From the NCBI GenBank assembly GCA_965237675.1, contig OZ250150.1:2144001-2208000 (forward strand): 64,000 bases of DNA. The letters are read 5' to 3'. This stretch comes from Candidatus Latescibacterota bacterium. Its GTDB lineage: Bacteria > Latescibacterota > UBA2968 > GCA-2709665. Positions 7,947 through 16,991 of the stretch are shown here, piece by piece (the stretch's first letter is position 1; every line of letters begins with the position of its first letter). The position numbers and the translations under genes were made by a program. The notes beneath the pieces are model-generated. The model did not search any database. It saw only the letters and a list, made by a program, of their open reading frames with translations, and was not told the origin of the DNA.

Positions 7947-10268
7947 ATGACGGAGGCACGGCAGGGCATAGACTGGAAATGGATGGTGGTGTTTCCGGCG
8001 GTTTCCGGCCTTGTCCTGGGTGCGGCATTTCCACCCATGCCCCTGGGTTTCCTGTCTTACGTGGCGCTAATCCCGCTGCTGATTTCGGCGGAACGGCTGC
8101 GCGGCCGTGCGGCGTTTGGCGCCGGGCTCGTTCAGGGGATATTTTTCTACGGAGCGACACTTTACTGGATTGGTTCGATCACGCCGCCGGGCATGGCCGG
8201 GGCGGTTTTTTACATGTCCCTGTTCCGTGGCCTGTTTTTGTGGACGTTCGCCCGCGTGGTGTGGCGGTACGGCGTCGTGGGTATGTGGGGCGCGCCCTTT
8301 CTCTGGGTTGGATTCGAGTATTTCAATTCTCTGGGAGACATGGGGTTTCCATGGGTGTTGCTTGGAAATTCACAGACGGCCTATCTGTGGTTGATCCAGT
8401 ATGCTGAAGTGACGGGGGTGTACGGGGTTTCGTTCTGGATTGTGGTGGTCAATCTGAGCGTGCTGATGCTGTGGAGGAACGGGGCTCGGCGCTGGGCATG
8501 GGCTGCCGGGCTTGCGGCCCTCTTTGCGGGACCCGCGGCGAACGGGTATCTGACGCTGAAGAATGATCCGGATGAGCAGTCCGTGCCGGTGGGCGTGGTC
8601 CAGCCGGATATGCCCCCGGTGGCCAAGGAATACAGGGGATTCGATTACAATTTCGGCAAGTTGAAGCCGATGACCGTGGAGGCCGCCGGTCAGGGTGCGA
8701 AGCTTGTGGTGTGGCCGGAGACGGCGGTCGGCTATCTGAAAGGGGAACTGTACCGACACCATCGCGAGCGGGTGCAGGCGATGGTGGATTCTCTCGGCAT
8801 CTACCTCTATACGGGCGCGTATCGACTGGTGGCTGGCGACCCGGTGAAGGTGTACAACTCCTCGTTTCTGTTCGCCCCCCGAAAAGGGATCACGGGATAC
8901 TACGACAAGACTCGCCTGGTGCCGTTCGGCGAACGGGCGCCGTTCCCGGACCTGTTACCTTTTTTGCGGAAGTTCCGGTTCACCGGCGGCGGATTCGTGG
9001 GCGGCAACTGGGATTCCGGAGAGACGCGGACGGTTTTCAATGGTCCGGACGCCACGTTCTCCGCGTTGATCTGTTACGATTCGGTCTTTCCCGGTTTTGT
9101 TCGTTCCTTTGTGGACATGGGCGCCGAGTATCTGGTGGTAATTACCAATGATGGATGGTTTGGTCGAACGTCCGGACCCTTTCAGCACGCCGAAGCGGCG
9201 GTGTTTCGCGCCATCGAGAACCGGCGGGCCGTGGTACGCTGCGCGAATACGGGCGTGTCCACGTTTATTGACGCCTACGGACGAAAGGCGGGGACGACCG
9301 GAATTTTCCACCCGGCCGTGTTGACACAGGGGGTGGTACCGAGAAGCGCAAAGACGTTTTATACCCGGTACGGAGATCTGTTTTCCCAGGTCTGCCTGGC
9401 CCTGAGCGCGATTCTGGTGGTGTTGGCCTTCCGCCGGCGCCCGATGGATGTGACGCCATCGATTCTGCCCCATGACTCCGAAATCCCCGCCGAACGCGCC
9501 AGTGAACCGTCCGCGGGCGTCGAAGACAGACCGATGCCGTTTCTGGATCATCTGGAGGAACTCCGGTGGCGCATATTGAAGGGGCTGGCGGCCCTCGTGG
9601 TCGGCGCCGTAATCTGCGGGATATTTTCGGACCGCATCCTGGGGTGGCTCGTGTTGCCGGTTCGGGACGTGACCGCCGTAATGGAGCTGTTGGGCGTGGC
9701 GCCGGTTGAGCCGCCGGTCAAGCTTATATATTTGAAGCCGACGGGCATGTTTCTCGTCAAACTTCAAATTGCCCTGGTGGGCGGCGCGATCCTGGCGTTG
9801 CCGGTTCTTCTGTACCAATTGTGGATCTTCGTTGCGCCGGGTTTGTTGACATCCGAGCGGCGGTACGTATCCTTTATTGTTTTTTCATCGTCGATCTGTT
9901 TTGTCCTCGGAGGCGCGATTGCTTACCTGAGTGTGGTGCCGCTGTCGTTTCGATTCCTTATTCTCATCAGCGAAGGGACCGGCGTCGACCCCCAGTTCGA
10001 TATCGGTTACTACATCGGCTTTGTGTTGAGACTGCTTGTTGCGTTCGGCGTCGTCTTCGAACTGCCGGTAGCGGCGTTTTTCCTGAGCCGCATTGGCCTG
10101 TTGACCGCAGATCGAATGCGGCGAGGCAGGCGGTATGCGGTGGTGATCGGTTTTATTCTGGCGGCCCTGCTCACACCACCGGATCCGATTTCCCAACTGA
10201 TGATGGCGCTGCCGCTCGTGCTGCTTTACGAGTTCAGCATCTGGGTAGCCCGCGTCGCCGGCAGATGA
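7947..10268 (+). CDS. lnt-tatC: Apolipoprotein N-acyltransferase (Lnt) fused in frame to twin-arginine translocase TatC
   Basis: Lnt motifs GFPW, VVWPETA, YDKTRLVPFGE, ICYDSVFP, ITNDGWFG, RCANTGVS; then without a stop a linker and TatC motifs MPFLDHLEELR, WIFVAPGL, GVVFELP, LTPPDPISQ, LYE. Confidence 0.88.
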   Translation: MTEARQGIDWKWMVVFPAVSGLVLGAAFPPMPLGFLSYVALIPLLISAERLRGRAAFGAGLVQGIFFYGATLYWIGSITPPGMAGAVFYMSLFRGLFLWTFARVVWRYGVVGMWGAPFLWVGFEYFNSLGDMGFPWVLLGNSQTAYLWLIQYAEVTGVYGVSFWIVVVNLSVLMLWRNGARRWAWAAGLAALFAGPAANGYLTLKNDPDEQSVPVGVVQPDMPPVAKEYRGFDYNFGKLKPMTVEAAGQGAKLVVWPETAVGYLKGELYRHHRERVQAMVDSLGIYLYTGAYRLVAGDPVKVYNSSFLFAPRKGITGYYDKTRLVPFGERAPFPDLLPFLRKFRFTGGGFVGGNWDSGETRTVFNGPDATFSALICYDSVFPGFVRSFVDMGAEYLVVITNDGWFGRTSGPFQHAEAAVFRAIENRRAVVRCANTGVSTFIDAYGRKAGTTGIFHPAVLTQGVVPRSAKTFYTRYGDLFSQVCLALSAILVVLAFRRRPMDVTPSILPHDSEIPAERASEPSAGVEDRPMPFLDHLEELRWRILKGLAALVVGAVICGIFSDRILGWLVLPVRDVTAVMELLGVAPVEPPVKLIYLKPTGMFLVKLQIALVGGAILALPVLLYQLWIFVAPGLLTSERRYVSFIVFSSSICFVLGGAIAYLSVVPLSFRFLILISEGTGVDPQFDIGYYIGFVLRLLVAFGVVFELPVAAFFLSRIGLLTADRMRRGRRYAVVIGFILAALLTPPDPISQLMMALPLVLLYEFSIWVARVAGR

Positions 10269-10355
10269 GCCGGGCATTCGGCCGCGGACGTCCGATACGC
10301 GACCGCGCGGGAACACTTTGCAGCGGCTGTATAAATTGACAAGGGATTGTTTTTT

Positions 10356-11333
10356 ATGAGTATACCGGTTGCGGTCGGCATTCTGGCGGTGTGTTTCGTG
10401 GTGCTTGCCAAGTGCGCTTCGTGGTTTGTGGACGGAGCGGTGGGGATTGCCGAATATCTGAATGTTCCGAAGATGCTCATCGGCATCGTGCTGGTGAGCC
10501 TGGCGACGACCTCACCCGAACTGGCCGTGTCCGTTCTGTCCGCACTCGAGGGGCATCCGGAGATGGCGCTGGGCAATGCCGTCGGTTCCGTGATTGTGGA
10601 CGACGGCGTTGCGCTGCCGCTGGGCGTCCTCGTGGCAGGGACGCCGATTCTCATCAATCCATATTTGTTACGGACGACCGGGATATTTCTGATCGTCGTG
10701 GATTTGGCCGCGTACGCGATGGCGTTTGACGGGCGCCTGGGGCGCGCCGAGGGAGGGGTACTGCTACTGCTGTTCGTGGCGTACACGGTTTTTGCATATG
10801 TGACGCGTCGTCGATCTTCCGAGGCAGAAGGGAACCGGCTGGAGGAACTGCAGGAGATCGAGGCGTCAATTGAGGGACGCGGTCTGGGGATGCTGCTGCT
10901 CTGGTTTTGCGTGGGGCTGGTCGGCGTGATGATATCCAGTCATTTTATCGTGGGGTCCGCGGTGGCCATCGCCTCGGAGCTGGGCGTCAGCGAAGCGGTA
11001 GTTGCGCTTACGGTTATTGCTATTGGCACGTCGTTGCCGGAGATCGCCACCGGCGTGACGGCAGCGCGGGGGGGACATGGGGAGATCGTGGTAGGCAATA
11101 TTCTGGGCGCGGATATCCTGAATATCTGCTGGATCGCAGGGGCATCCGCAGTGGTGAATCCGCTCGTGGTGGCGCCCAAAGTGATCCATTTTTCGTTTCC
11201 CGCCATGCTGGCGATTGTATTGGCGATGCTCGTCATGATGCGCACAGGCCACCGCCTGACCCGAATCGAAGGTTTCGTGCTGCTGGCGGTATACGGGGTG
11301 TATTTGACTTTTACGGGTATATTGTTCTTTTAG
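10356..11333 (+). CDS. Calcium/sodium antiporter (CaCA/YrbG family)
   Basis: Two alpha repeats: SLATTSPELAVS...GNAVGS and AIGTSLPEIAT...GNILG. Confidence 0.9.
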   Translation: MSIPVAVGILAVCFVVLAKCASWFVDGAVGIAEYLNVPKMLIGIVLVSLATTSPELAVSVLSALEGHPEMALGNAVGSVIVDDGVALPLGVLVAGTPILINPYLLRTTGIFLIVVDLAAYAMAFDGRLGRAEGGVLLLLFVAYTVFAYVTRRRSSEAEGNRLEELQEIEASIEGRGLGMLLLWFCVGLVGVMISSHFIVGSAVAIASELGVSEAVVALTVIAIGTSLPEIATGVTAARGGHGEIVVGNILGADILNICWIAGASAVVNPLVVAPKVIHFSFPAMLAIVLAMLVMMRTGHRLTRIEGFVLLAVYGVYLTFTGILFF

Positions 11334-11342
11334 GGGATCATT

Positions 11343-12377
11343 ATGGCCGGGATTTTTGTGACCGGTGGCGCGGGGTTTATCGGTTCGAACTTTGTTCGGT
11401 ACTGGTTGTCCAAATATCCGGATGACAGAGTTGTAAACTACGATTTGCTCACGTACGCCGGAAATCTCGATAACCTTTCCGATGTGGCGGAAACATATCC
11501 CGGCAGGTACGAGTTCGTCCACGGCGATATCGGCAACTATGAGTTGACTCGAGATCTTTTCGAGCGGCACCGGCCGGATTATATCGTGAATTTCGCCGCC
11601 GAGTCCCACAACAGCCGTGCGGTCATGAATCCGGACGTTTTCTACGAGACGAACGTGCTGGGGACACAGCGCTTGCTCCGGGCGGCTTACGACGCAAGAG
11701 TGTCCCGGGTTCACCATATTTCAACGTGTGAGGTCTACGGGGACCTGCCCCTCGATTCGGAGGCAAGCTTTTCGGAGACCGACCCTTATCTGCCGCGTAC
11801 GCCTTACAACGCATCCAAAGCGGCGGCGGATCTGGCGGTCCGGGCGTACCATCATACCTTCGGGCTGCCGGTCACGATTTCCAATTGTGCGAACAACTAC
11901 GGGCCCTACCAGTTCCCCGAAAAGGTGGTTCCTCTCTTTGTCACTCAGGTTCTGAACGGGAAGAAGATGACGCTCTACAGGAGCAGCCGGAACAAACGGG
12001 AGTGGCTCCATGTGGTGGACCATTGCAGGGCTATCGACCTGATCCTGAAACGAGGCAGGGTCGGAGAGACGTACAATATCGGCAGCGGCGTTGAGGTGGA
12101 CGTCGAGACGATTGCAGACACGATTCTGGATGTACTCGGGCAGGACGCGTCATCCAAGGTATACGTTCCGGACCGACCCGGACACGATCGCAGGTACCTT
12201 CTGGATTCGAGCAAGTTACGCACCCAACTCGGATGGCGCCCCGAAGTTTCTTTTGAAGATGGGTTCAAAGAAACAATACTCTGGTACACTGACAATCGTG
12301 CCTGGTGGGAACCCCTGCTGAAGCGCCTCGACGTGGACGAAGAAGGCTGGACGCAGGTGTCGTCCCGGAACTCCTGA
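11343..12377 (+). CDS. rfbB: dTDP-glucose 4,6-dehydratase
   Basis: TGGAGFIGSNF, LTYAGNL, NFAAESH, YNASK, NNYGPYQFPEK, DRPGHDRRY. Confidence 0.93.
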   Translation: MAGIFVTGGAGFIGSNFVRYWLSKYPDDRVVNYDLLTYAGNLDNLSDVAETYPGRYEFVHGDIGNYELTRDLFERHRPDYIVNFAAESHNSRAVMNPDVFYETNVLGTQRLLRAAYDARVSRVHHISTCEVYGDLPLDSEASFSETDPYLPRTPYNASKAAADLAVRAYHHTFGLPVTISNCANNYGPYQFPEKVVPLFVTQVLNGKKMTLYRSSRNKREWLHVVDHCRAIDLILKRGRVGETYNIGSGVEVDVETIADTILDVLGQDASSKVYVPDRPGHDRRYLLDSSKLRTQLGWRPEVSFEDGFKETILWYTDNRAWWEPLLKRLDVDEEGWTQVSSRNS

Positions 12378-12416
12378 TCTGAAATACGCGTCGATTTCTC
12401 CGGGAAAGGAAGTTGG

Positions 12417-12989
12417 ATGCCATTCCGGTTTCAAAGGATGGGAATTCCCGAACTCATTCTGGTCGAACCCCGGGTTTTCGAAGACAACCGCGGCTTTCTG
12501 ATGGAATCCTATAAGAGGTCTGATTTTGAGGCGAACGGGATTTCCGCCGAGTTCGTGCAGGATATCCACTCCCATTCGGTCCGGCGCGTTCTGCGGGGGT
12601 TGCACTACCAGCTGAACCCCGGGGCACAGGGCAAGCTGGTCCGTGTCGTGAAGGGCGAGGTGTTTGACGTGGCCGTGGATATCCGCAGGAACGCACCCAC
12701 CTTCGGACGGTGGGAAGCGGTTGTGTTGTCGGGCGCCAACTTCAGGATGTTCTACGTCCCCGAGGGTTTTGCGCACGGGTTCTGTGTGTTGAGCGACGAG
12801 GCCGAGTTCGTGTACAAGGTGACTGCGGAGTTCGCACCGGATCTCGACCGGGGCATTGTTTGGGACGATCCGGCCATCGCCATCGATTGGCCGGTTTCCA
12901 ATCCAATACTCTCAAGGAAGGACCTGGAACTCCCCCCGCTGGCCGACGCCGAGAGGAATTTCATCTACGACCCTGGAGCGGGTGTCTGA
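12417..12989 (+). CDS. rfbC: dTDP-4-dehydrorhamnose 3,5-epimerase
   Basis: DNRGFLME, LRGLHYQ, QGKLVRV, DVAVDIR, VPEGFAHGF. Confidence 0.95.
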   Translation: MPFRFQRMGIPELILVEPRVFEDNRGFLMESYKRSDFEANGISAEFVQDIHSHSVRRVLRGLHYQLNPGAQGKLVRVVKGEVFDVAVDIRRNAPTFGRWEAVVLSGANFRMFYVPEGFAHGFCVLSDEAEFVYKVTAEFAPDLDRGIVWDDPAIAIDWPVSNPILSRKDLELPPLADAERNFIYDPGAGV

Positions 12990-13251
12990 GAACGAAGGGG
13001 ACGCGACACCCCTGGCGTGGGCGGACATTCTCAACATGGAGAATTATCTGGATGTTTCTGAGGCGATTGTGAACGGCGCCCTGGTGCGAAAAGAGAGCCG
13101 GGGATCGCACTACCGCTCGGATTTTCCGGAGAGAAACGATCGTGCCTATCTCTGCGATTTCGTTGTTACAAAGGACAGGCCGACGCCCGTAAGCCGTGAG
13201 GTTGTGTTGACTCGTATGAAACCGGAAGATGCGGAAAAGATGGGGACGTGA
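12990..13251 (+). pseudogene. Orphan C-terminal fragment of an SdhA/FrdA/NadB-type flavoprotein
   Basis: ALVRKESRGSHYRSDFPERND motif; no N-terminal FAD domain upstream. Confidence 0.75.
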
Positions 13252-13311
13252 GCGTCGGGAAGTTGCGCGGCCACGAACGAGGCATCGCGGAACGTTCGAT
13301 CCGGACAGACT

Positions 13312-13953
13312 CTATCCAAGCGGACCACCGCCGCCGAAAAGGTCTTCGCCTTCTTCGGCGGTTTCTTCTTTGTTCGAGATGCCCCAGATCAGGCCGTGGG
13401 GATCCAGTTCGTTCAGAGGGGGGCTGTCGTATTCCGGTTGCAGTTCGTTCCCGCAGATGGGACAGCAGGCGTACGAGGGATGGTACAGGACGCCGTTGTT
13501 ACAGGTTTTGCAGGTTTTTACCAGTGTGTCCAGCTTTTCGCCGCAACGCACACAGTGCTGAAAGTAACCGTCGTAGGGCGTGCTTTTCCCGCACCCGGAG
13601 CAGGTCACCACATCGTGCAGGCCCAGTTTGTCCGCCGGAGGCTGTTCGACGGACACCGCGTGCCGGTCCGGTACGGAAACGTATTCGGCTTTGAATGTCT
13701 GAAATTTTTCGCGGATCTGGCTGGTTTGAACGCCCAGGTATTTTTCTGATATCGTAATGGTGAAGACCAGGTTGGGCGAGATACCGAGGAAGTGGATGAG
13801 GTCTCGCGTGTTCCAATCCCGCTGTTCGACGATGGTGGCCTGGTGGGTTTCACACAGGCTGAGGAAGTCCTGGATTTTCTTCCGGTTTTCCCGCCTGCGA
13901 TTGTTGTCTTCCCGTTCAAATTCGTACAGGGTGCCGAAGTCGATGCGGATCAT
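13312..13953 (-). CDS. Hypothetical protein with double zinc ribbon
   Basis: Four CxxC pairs (CSGC, CVRC, CKTC, CPIC); start overlaps the uvrA stop (ATGA). Confidence 0.7.
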   Translation of the reverse strand: MIRIDFGTLYEFEREDNNRRRENRKKIQDFLSLCETHQATIVEQRDWNTRDLIHFLGISPNLVFTITISEKYLGVQTSQIREKFQTFKAEYVSVPDRHAVSVEQPPADKLGLHDVVTCSGCGKSTPYDGYFQHCVRCGEKLDTLVKTCKTCNNGVLYHPSYACCPICGNELQPEYDSPPLNELDPHGLIWGISNKEETAEEGEDLFGGGGPLG

Positions 13954-16721
13954 AGTGCGATCACCTCTTTGAGAAAGCGGCCTGTGTGGGAGGCCTGCGC
14001 CGCGGCAACGCGCTCCGGGGGCCCCTCGGCGACGACCCGGCCGCCGGAATCGCCGCCGCCAGGACCGAGGTCGACAATCCAGTCCGCCCGTTTCACGACA
14101 TCCAGGTTGTGCTCGATTACAACGACGGAGTTGCCCTTATCCACCAGCCGGTCCAGCACGGCAATGAGCGACCGGATGTCCTCGAAGTGCAGCCCGGTTG
14201 TCGGCTCGTCCAGAATATACATGGTTTTTCCGGTTGCCACACGGGAAAGTTCAGAGGCCAGTTTGATGCGTTGCGCTTCGCCTCCGGAGAGGACGGTTGC
14301 CGATTGCCCCAGCCGGATATAACCCAGGCCGACCTCCGAAAGCGTTTTCAGTTTCCGCTGTGCACTCGGAATATCTCTGAAGAAGGTGAGCGCCCTGGTA
14401 GCAGTCATATTCAGAATGTCGGCGATCGAACAGCCTTTGTAACGGATTTCCAGGGTTTCCCTGTTGTACCTGCTTCCGCCGCAGGCATCGCAGGTCACAT
14501 AGACATCCGGAAGGAAGTGCATTTCGATCCGTTGCAGGCCGTCCCCCTGGCAGGGCTCGCAACGGCCGCCCTTCAGGTTGAAGCTGAATCGACCTGGCGT
14601 ATAGCCCCGAACCCGGGCTTCCGGAAGCCGCGCATAGAGTTCACGGATGTCCGCGAAGAGATCGGTGTATGTGGCAGGATTTGATCTGGGAGTCCGGCCG
14701 ATCGGCGCCTGATCGATTCGAATGACTTTGTCGATTTGGGACAGGCCCGCGACACCGTCGTGTTCAAGCGGGGTGGCCGTGGTGTTGTGCAGCATGTTTG
14801 CCAGGGCCGGATAGAGCGTCCCGTTGATCAGTGTGCTCTTGCCGGATCCGGACACACCGGTGACACAGACAAAAATGCCCAATGGAACGGCGACGTCGAT
14901 GGACTTCAGGTTGTGCCCCCGCGCGCCTTTCACGACGATTCGGCCGGTGGGTTGTCGTCTGTCGGGCGGCGGCGGGATGGTCTTGCGTCCGGAAAGGTAA
15001 GCGCCCGTGAGGCATTCCCCGGCCGCCATAATTTCCTGCGCGGTGCCCTGGGCTATCAGTTCGCCGCCCTGCTCGCCCGCTCCCGGCCCGAGGTCGATCA
15101 GATGGTCCGCGGCCAGCATGGTTTCCCGATCGTGTTCGACAACCAGAACAGTATTGCCGAGGTCGCGGAGCGCGTGCAGCGTGTGGATCAGCTTGCGGTT
15201 GTCTCTGGGGTGCAAACCGACACTGGGTTCGTCCAGAACGTAAAGTACGCCCGAGAGGCGCGCGCCGATCTGCGTGGCCATGCGGATGCGCTGCGTTTCG
15301 CCGCCGGAGAGCGATGCCACGTTTCGTTCCAGGGTGAGATACCCCACACCCACGTCCCTCAGGAAGGCAAGCCGATTGCGAATTCCATGAAGAATCGGTG
15401 CAACAACCTCCGGGGGGCCCAGGCTTCCCTTCAGGCGATCGATGAAATCGCAAGCCCCGTCGATACTCATCGCGGCAACCTGCGCGATGTTCCTGTCGTC
15501 GATTCTGACCGCCAGCGCCTCCGTCCGCAGCCTGGCGCCGGCGCAGTCGGAACAGGCCACGGTGCGGGCGTACGAATCCAGCCTGGATCCAACTTCATCC
15601 GATGCGGCATCCGCCACACGCTTGTTGAGGGGTGGGATCACGCCGTCGAATCGGAGGGATCTGTCGCCCCACAGAATGGCCTCCCTGGCTTTCGGTGAAA
15701 GGGAACCGAATGGCGCGGCGAGATCGAAACGATATCGGTCCGCGAGGCGCTGGAGCAGATCGAGCGTTGCACGGCCTCTGGGCACGCCCCAGGGCGCGAT
15801 CGCGCCCTCGGCAATGGATCGGTTTGTGTCCGGAACGACCGTGTCAGGATCGATATCGGTCCTCGTGCCCATTCCGTTACAGGCTGGACAGGCGCCGTAC
15901 GGGCTGTTGAACGAGAACAGGCGAGGTGTCAGTTCTTCGAAGCCGATGTCGCAGTTTCTGCAGATGAATTGCGTGGAAAAGCTCAACTCACGGTCTTCGA
16001 GGATATCCAGGACGACGATACCGCCAGAGAGGGCCAGCGCGGTTTCCAGCGAGTCGGCCAGCCGGCGTTCAATTTTCGGACGAACGACCAGACGGTCGAC
16101 AACCGCGTCGACGGTGTGCGGTCGCATCGGATCCAGACGAATCTCTTCGTCCAGTGCACGGTCGTGCCCGTCGATTCGCACGCGCACATATCCGTCGCGC
16201 CGCAGGCGTTCCAACTCCTGGTCCAGACTACCCTTCCGGTTTCGTATCCGTGGCGCCAGAATCCTCAGCCGCGTACCGTCGGGCCGGGCGAGCACGGTGT
16301 CGACGATCTCGCCGACGGTCTGACAGGCAATGGGGTCGCCGCAGTTCGGGCAATGTGGCAGACCGGCACGGGCGAAGAGGACCCTGAGATGGTCGTTGAT
16401 CTCCGTGAGGGTGCCAACCGTCGACCTGGAATTTCCCGAGGCCCGGCGCTGTTGAATCGCCACGGCGGGAGAGAGGCCGTCGATGCTGTCCACGTCGGGT
16501 CTCTCCATCACCTCCAGGAACCGGCGCGCGTGAGCGGACATCGCTTCCACGTACCTGCGCTGTCCTTCAGCGTAGATGGTGTCGAACGCAAGCGAGGATT
16601 TCCCGGAGCCGGATGGCCCCGTGATGACCACAAACCGGTTTTTGGGTATGTCGAGATCGAGACCCCGCAGGTTATGCTGGCGGGCGCCCCGGATTCGGAT
16701 GGCGTCGTGGGTAAGCGGCAT
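13950..16721 (-). CDS. uvrA: Excinuclease ABC subunit A
   Basis: IRGARQHNL, GSGKSSLAFDTIYAEGQRRY, two ABC ATPase domains, LSGGEAQRIKLA, zinc fingers. Confidence 0.97.
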   Translation of the reverse strand: MPLTHDAIRIRGARQHNLRGLDLDIPKNRFVVITGPSGSGKSSLAFDTIYAEGQRRYVEAMSAHARRFLEVMERPDVDSIDGLSPAVAIQQRRASGNSRSTVGTLTEINDHLRVLFARAGLPHCPNCGDPIACQTVGEIVDTVLARPDGTRLRILAPRIRNRKGSLDQELERLRRDGYVRVRIDGHDRALDEEIRLDPMRPHTVDAVVDRLVVRPKIERRLADSLETALALSGGIVVLDILEDRELSFSTQFICRNCDIGFEELTPRLFSFNSPYGACPACNGMGTRTDIDPDTVVPDTNRSIAEGAIAPWGVPRGRATLDLLQRLADRYRFDLAAPFGSLSPKAREAILWGDRSLRFDGVIPPLNKRVADAASDEVGSRLDSYARTVACSDCAGARLRTEALAVRIDDRNIAQVAAMSIDGACDFIDRLKGSLGPPEVVAPILHGIRNRLAFLRDVGVGYLTLERNVASLSGGETQRIRMATQIGARLSGVLYVLDEPSVGLHPRDNRKLIHTLHALRDLGNTVLVVEHDRETMLAADHLIDLGPGAGEQGGELIAQGTAQEIMAAGECLTGAYLSGRKTIPPPPDRRQPTGRIVVKGARGHNLKSIDVAVPLGIFVCVTGVSGSGKSTLINGTLYPALANMLHNTTATPLEHDGVAGLSQIDKVIRIDQAPIGRTPRSNPATYTDLFADIRELYARLPEARVRGYTPGRFSFNLKGGRCEPCQGDGLQRIEMHFLPDVYVTCDACGGSRYNRETLEIRYKGCSIADILNMTATRALTFFRDIPSAQRKLKTLSEVGLGYIRLGQSATVLSGGEAQRIKLASELSRVATGKTMYILDEPTTGLHFEDIRSLIAVLDRLVDKGNSVVVIEHNLDVVKRADWIVDLGPGGGDSGGRVVAEGPPERVAAAQASHTGRFLKEVIAL

Positions 16722-16737
16722 GAAAGATCGGGGAGGC

Positions 16738-16765
16738 AAAGCCCCGATCGGGTGACCGGGGCTTT
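16738..16765 (-). terminator. Hairpin downstream of the tRNA (putative terminator)
   Basis: AAAGCCCCG...CGGGGCTTT inverted repeat directly 3' of the tRNA CCA; U-tract is short. Confidence 0.55.
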
Positions 16766-16768
16766 GGA

Positions 16769-16845
16769 TGGTGCGGCAGAGAGGACTCGAACCCCCAACC
16801 GTCTGGTCCGAAGCCAGATGCTCTATCCAATTGAGCTACTGCCGC
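16769..16845 (-). tRNA. tRNA-Arg, anticodon UCG
   Basis: Reverse complement GCGGCAGTAGCTCAATTGGATAGAGCATCTGGCTTCGGACCAGACGGTTGGGGGTTCGAGTCCTCTCTGCCGCACCA: 77 nt, stem TCTGG/CCAGA, loop CT-TCG-GA, encoded CCA. Confidence 0.95.
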
Positions 16846-16859
16846 GAAGGCGTTGGACA

Positions 16860-16931
16860 AATATACGTTTCGGCGCCGCCGTTGCAAGCCCAAAAATCGC
16901 CACTTGACAATGAATGACAAAATCCAATAAT
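16860..16931. promoter_or_regulatory. Putative divergent sigma70 promoters for tRNA-Arg and hemL
   Basis: Minus strand TTGCAA-16bp-TATATT (16887-16860); plus strand TTGACA (16904)-16bp-AATAAT. Confidence 0.45.
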
Positions 16932-16991
16932 TAAGGGCTGGCATCGACTGTCGTGAAATCTGAAAGCCGCCGTTGCATCAGGGGGTGTTTT

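Noticed and set aside
16769-16845. tRNA as integration site of the defence island
   Set aside because: It is flanked by core genes and no duplicated tRNA 3' end was seen
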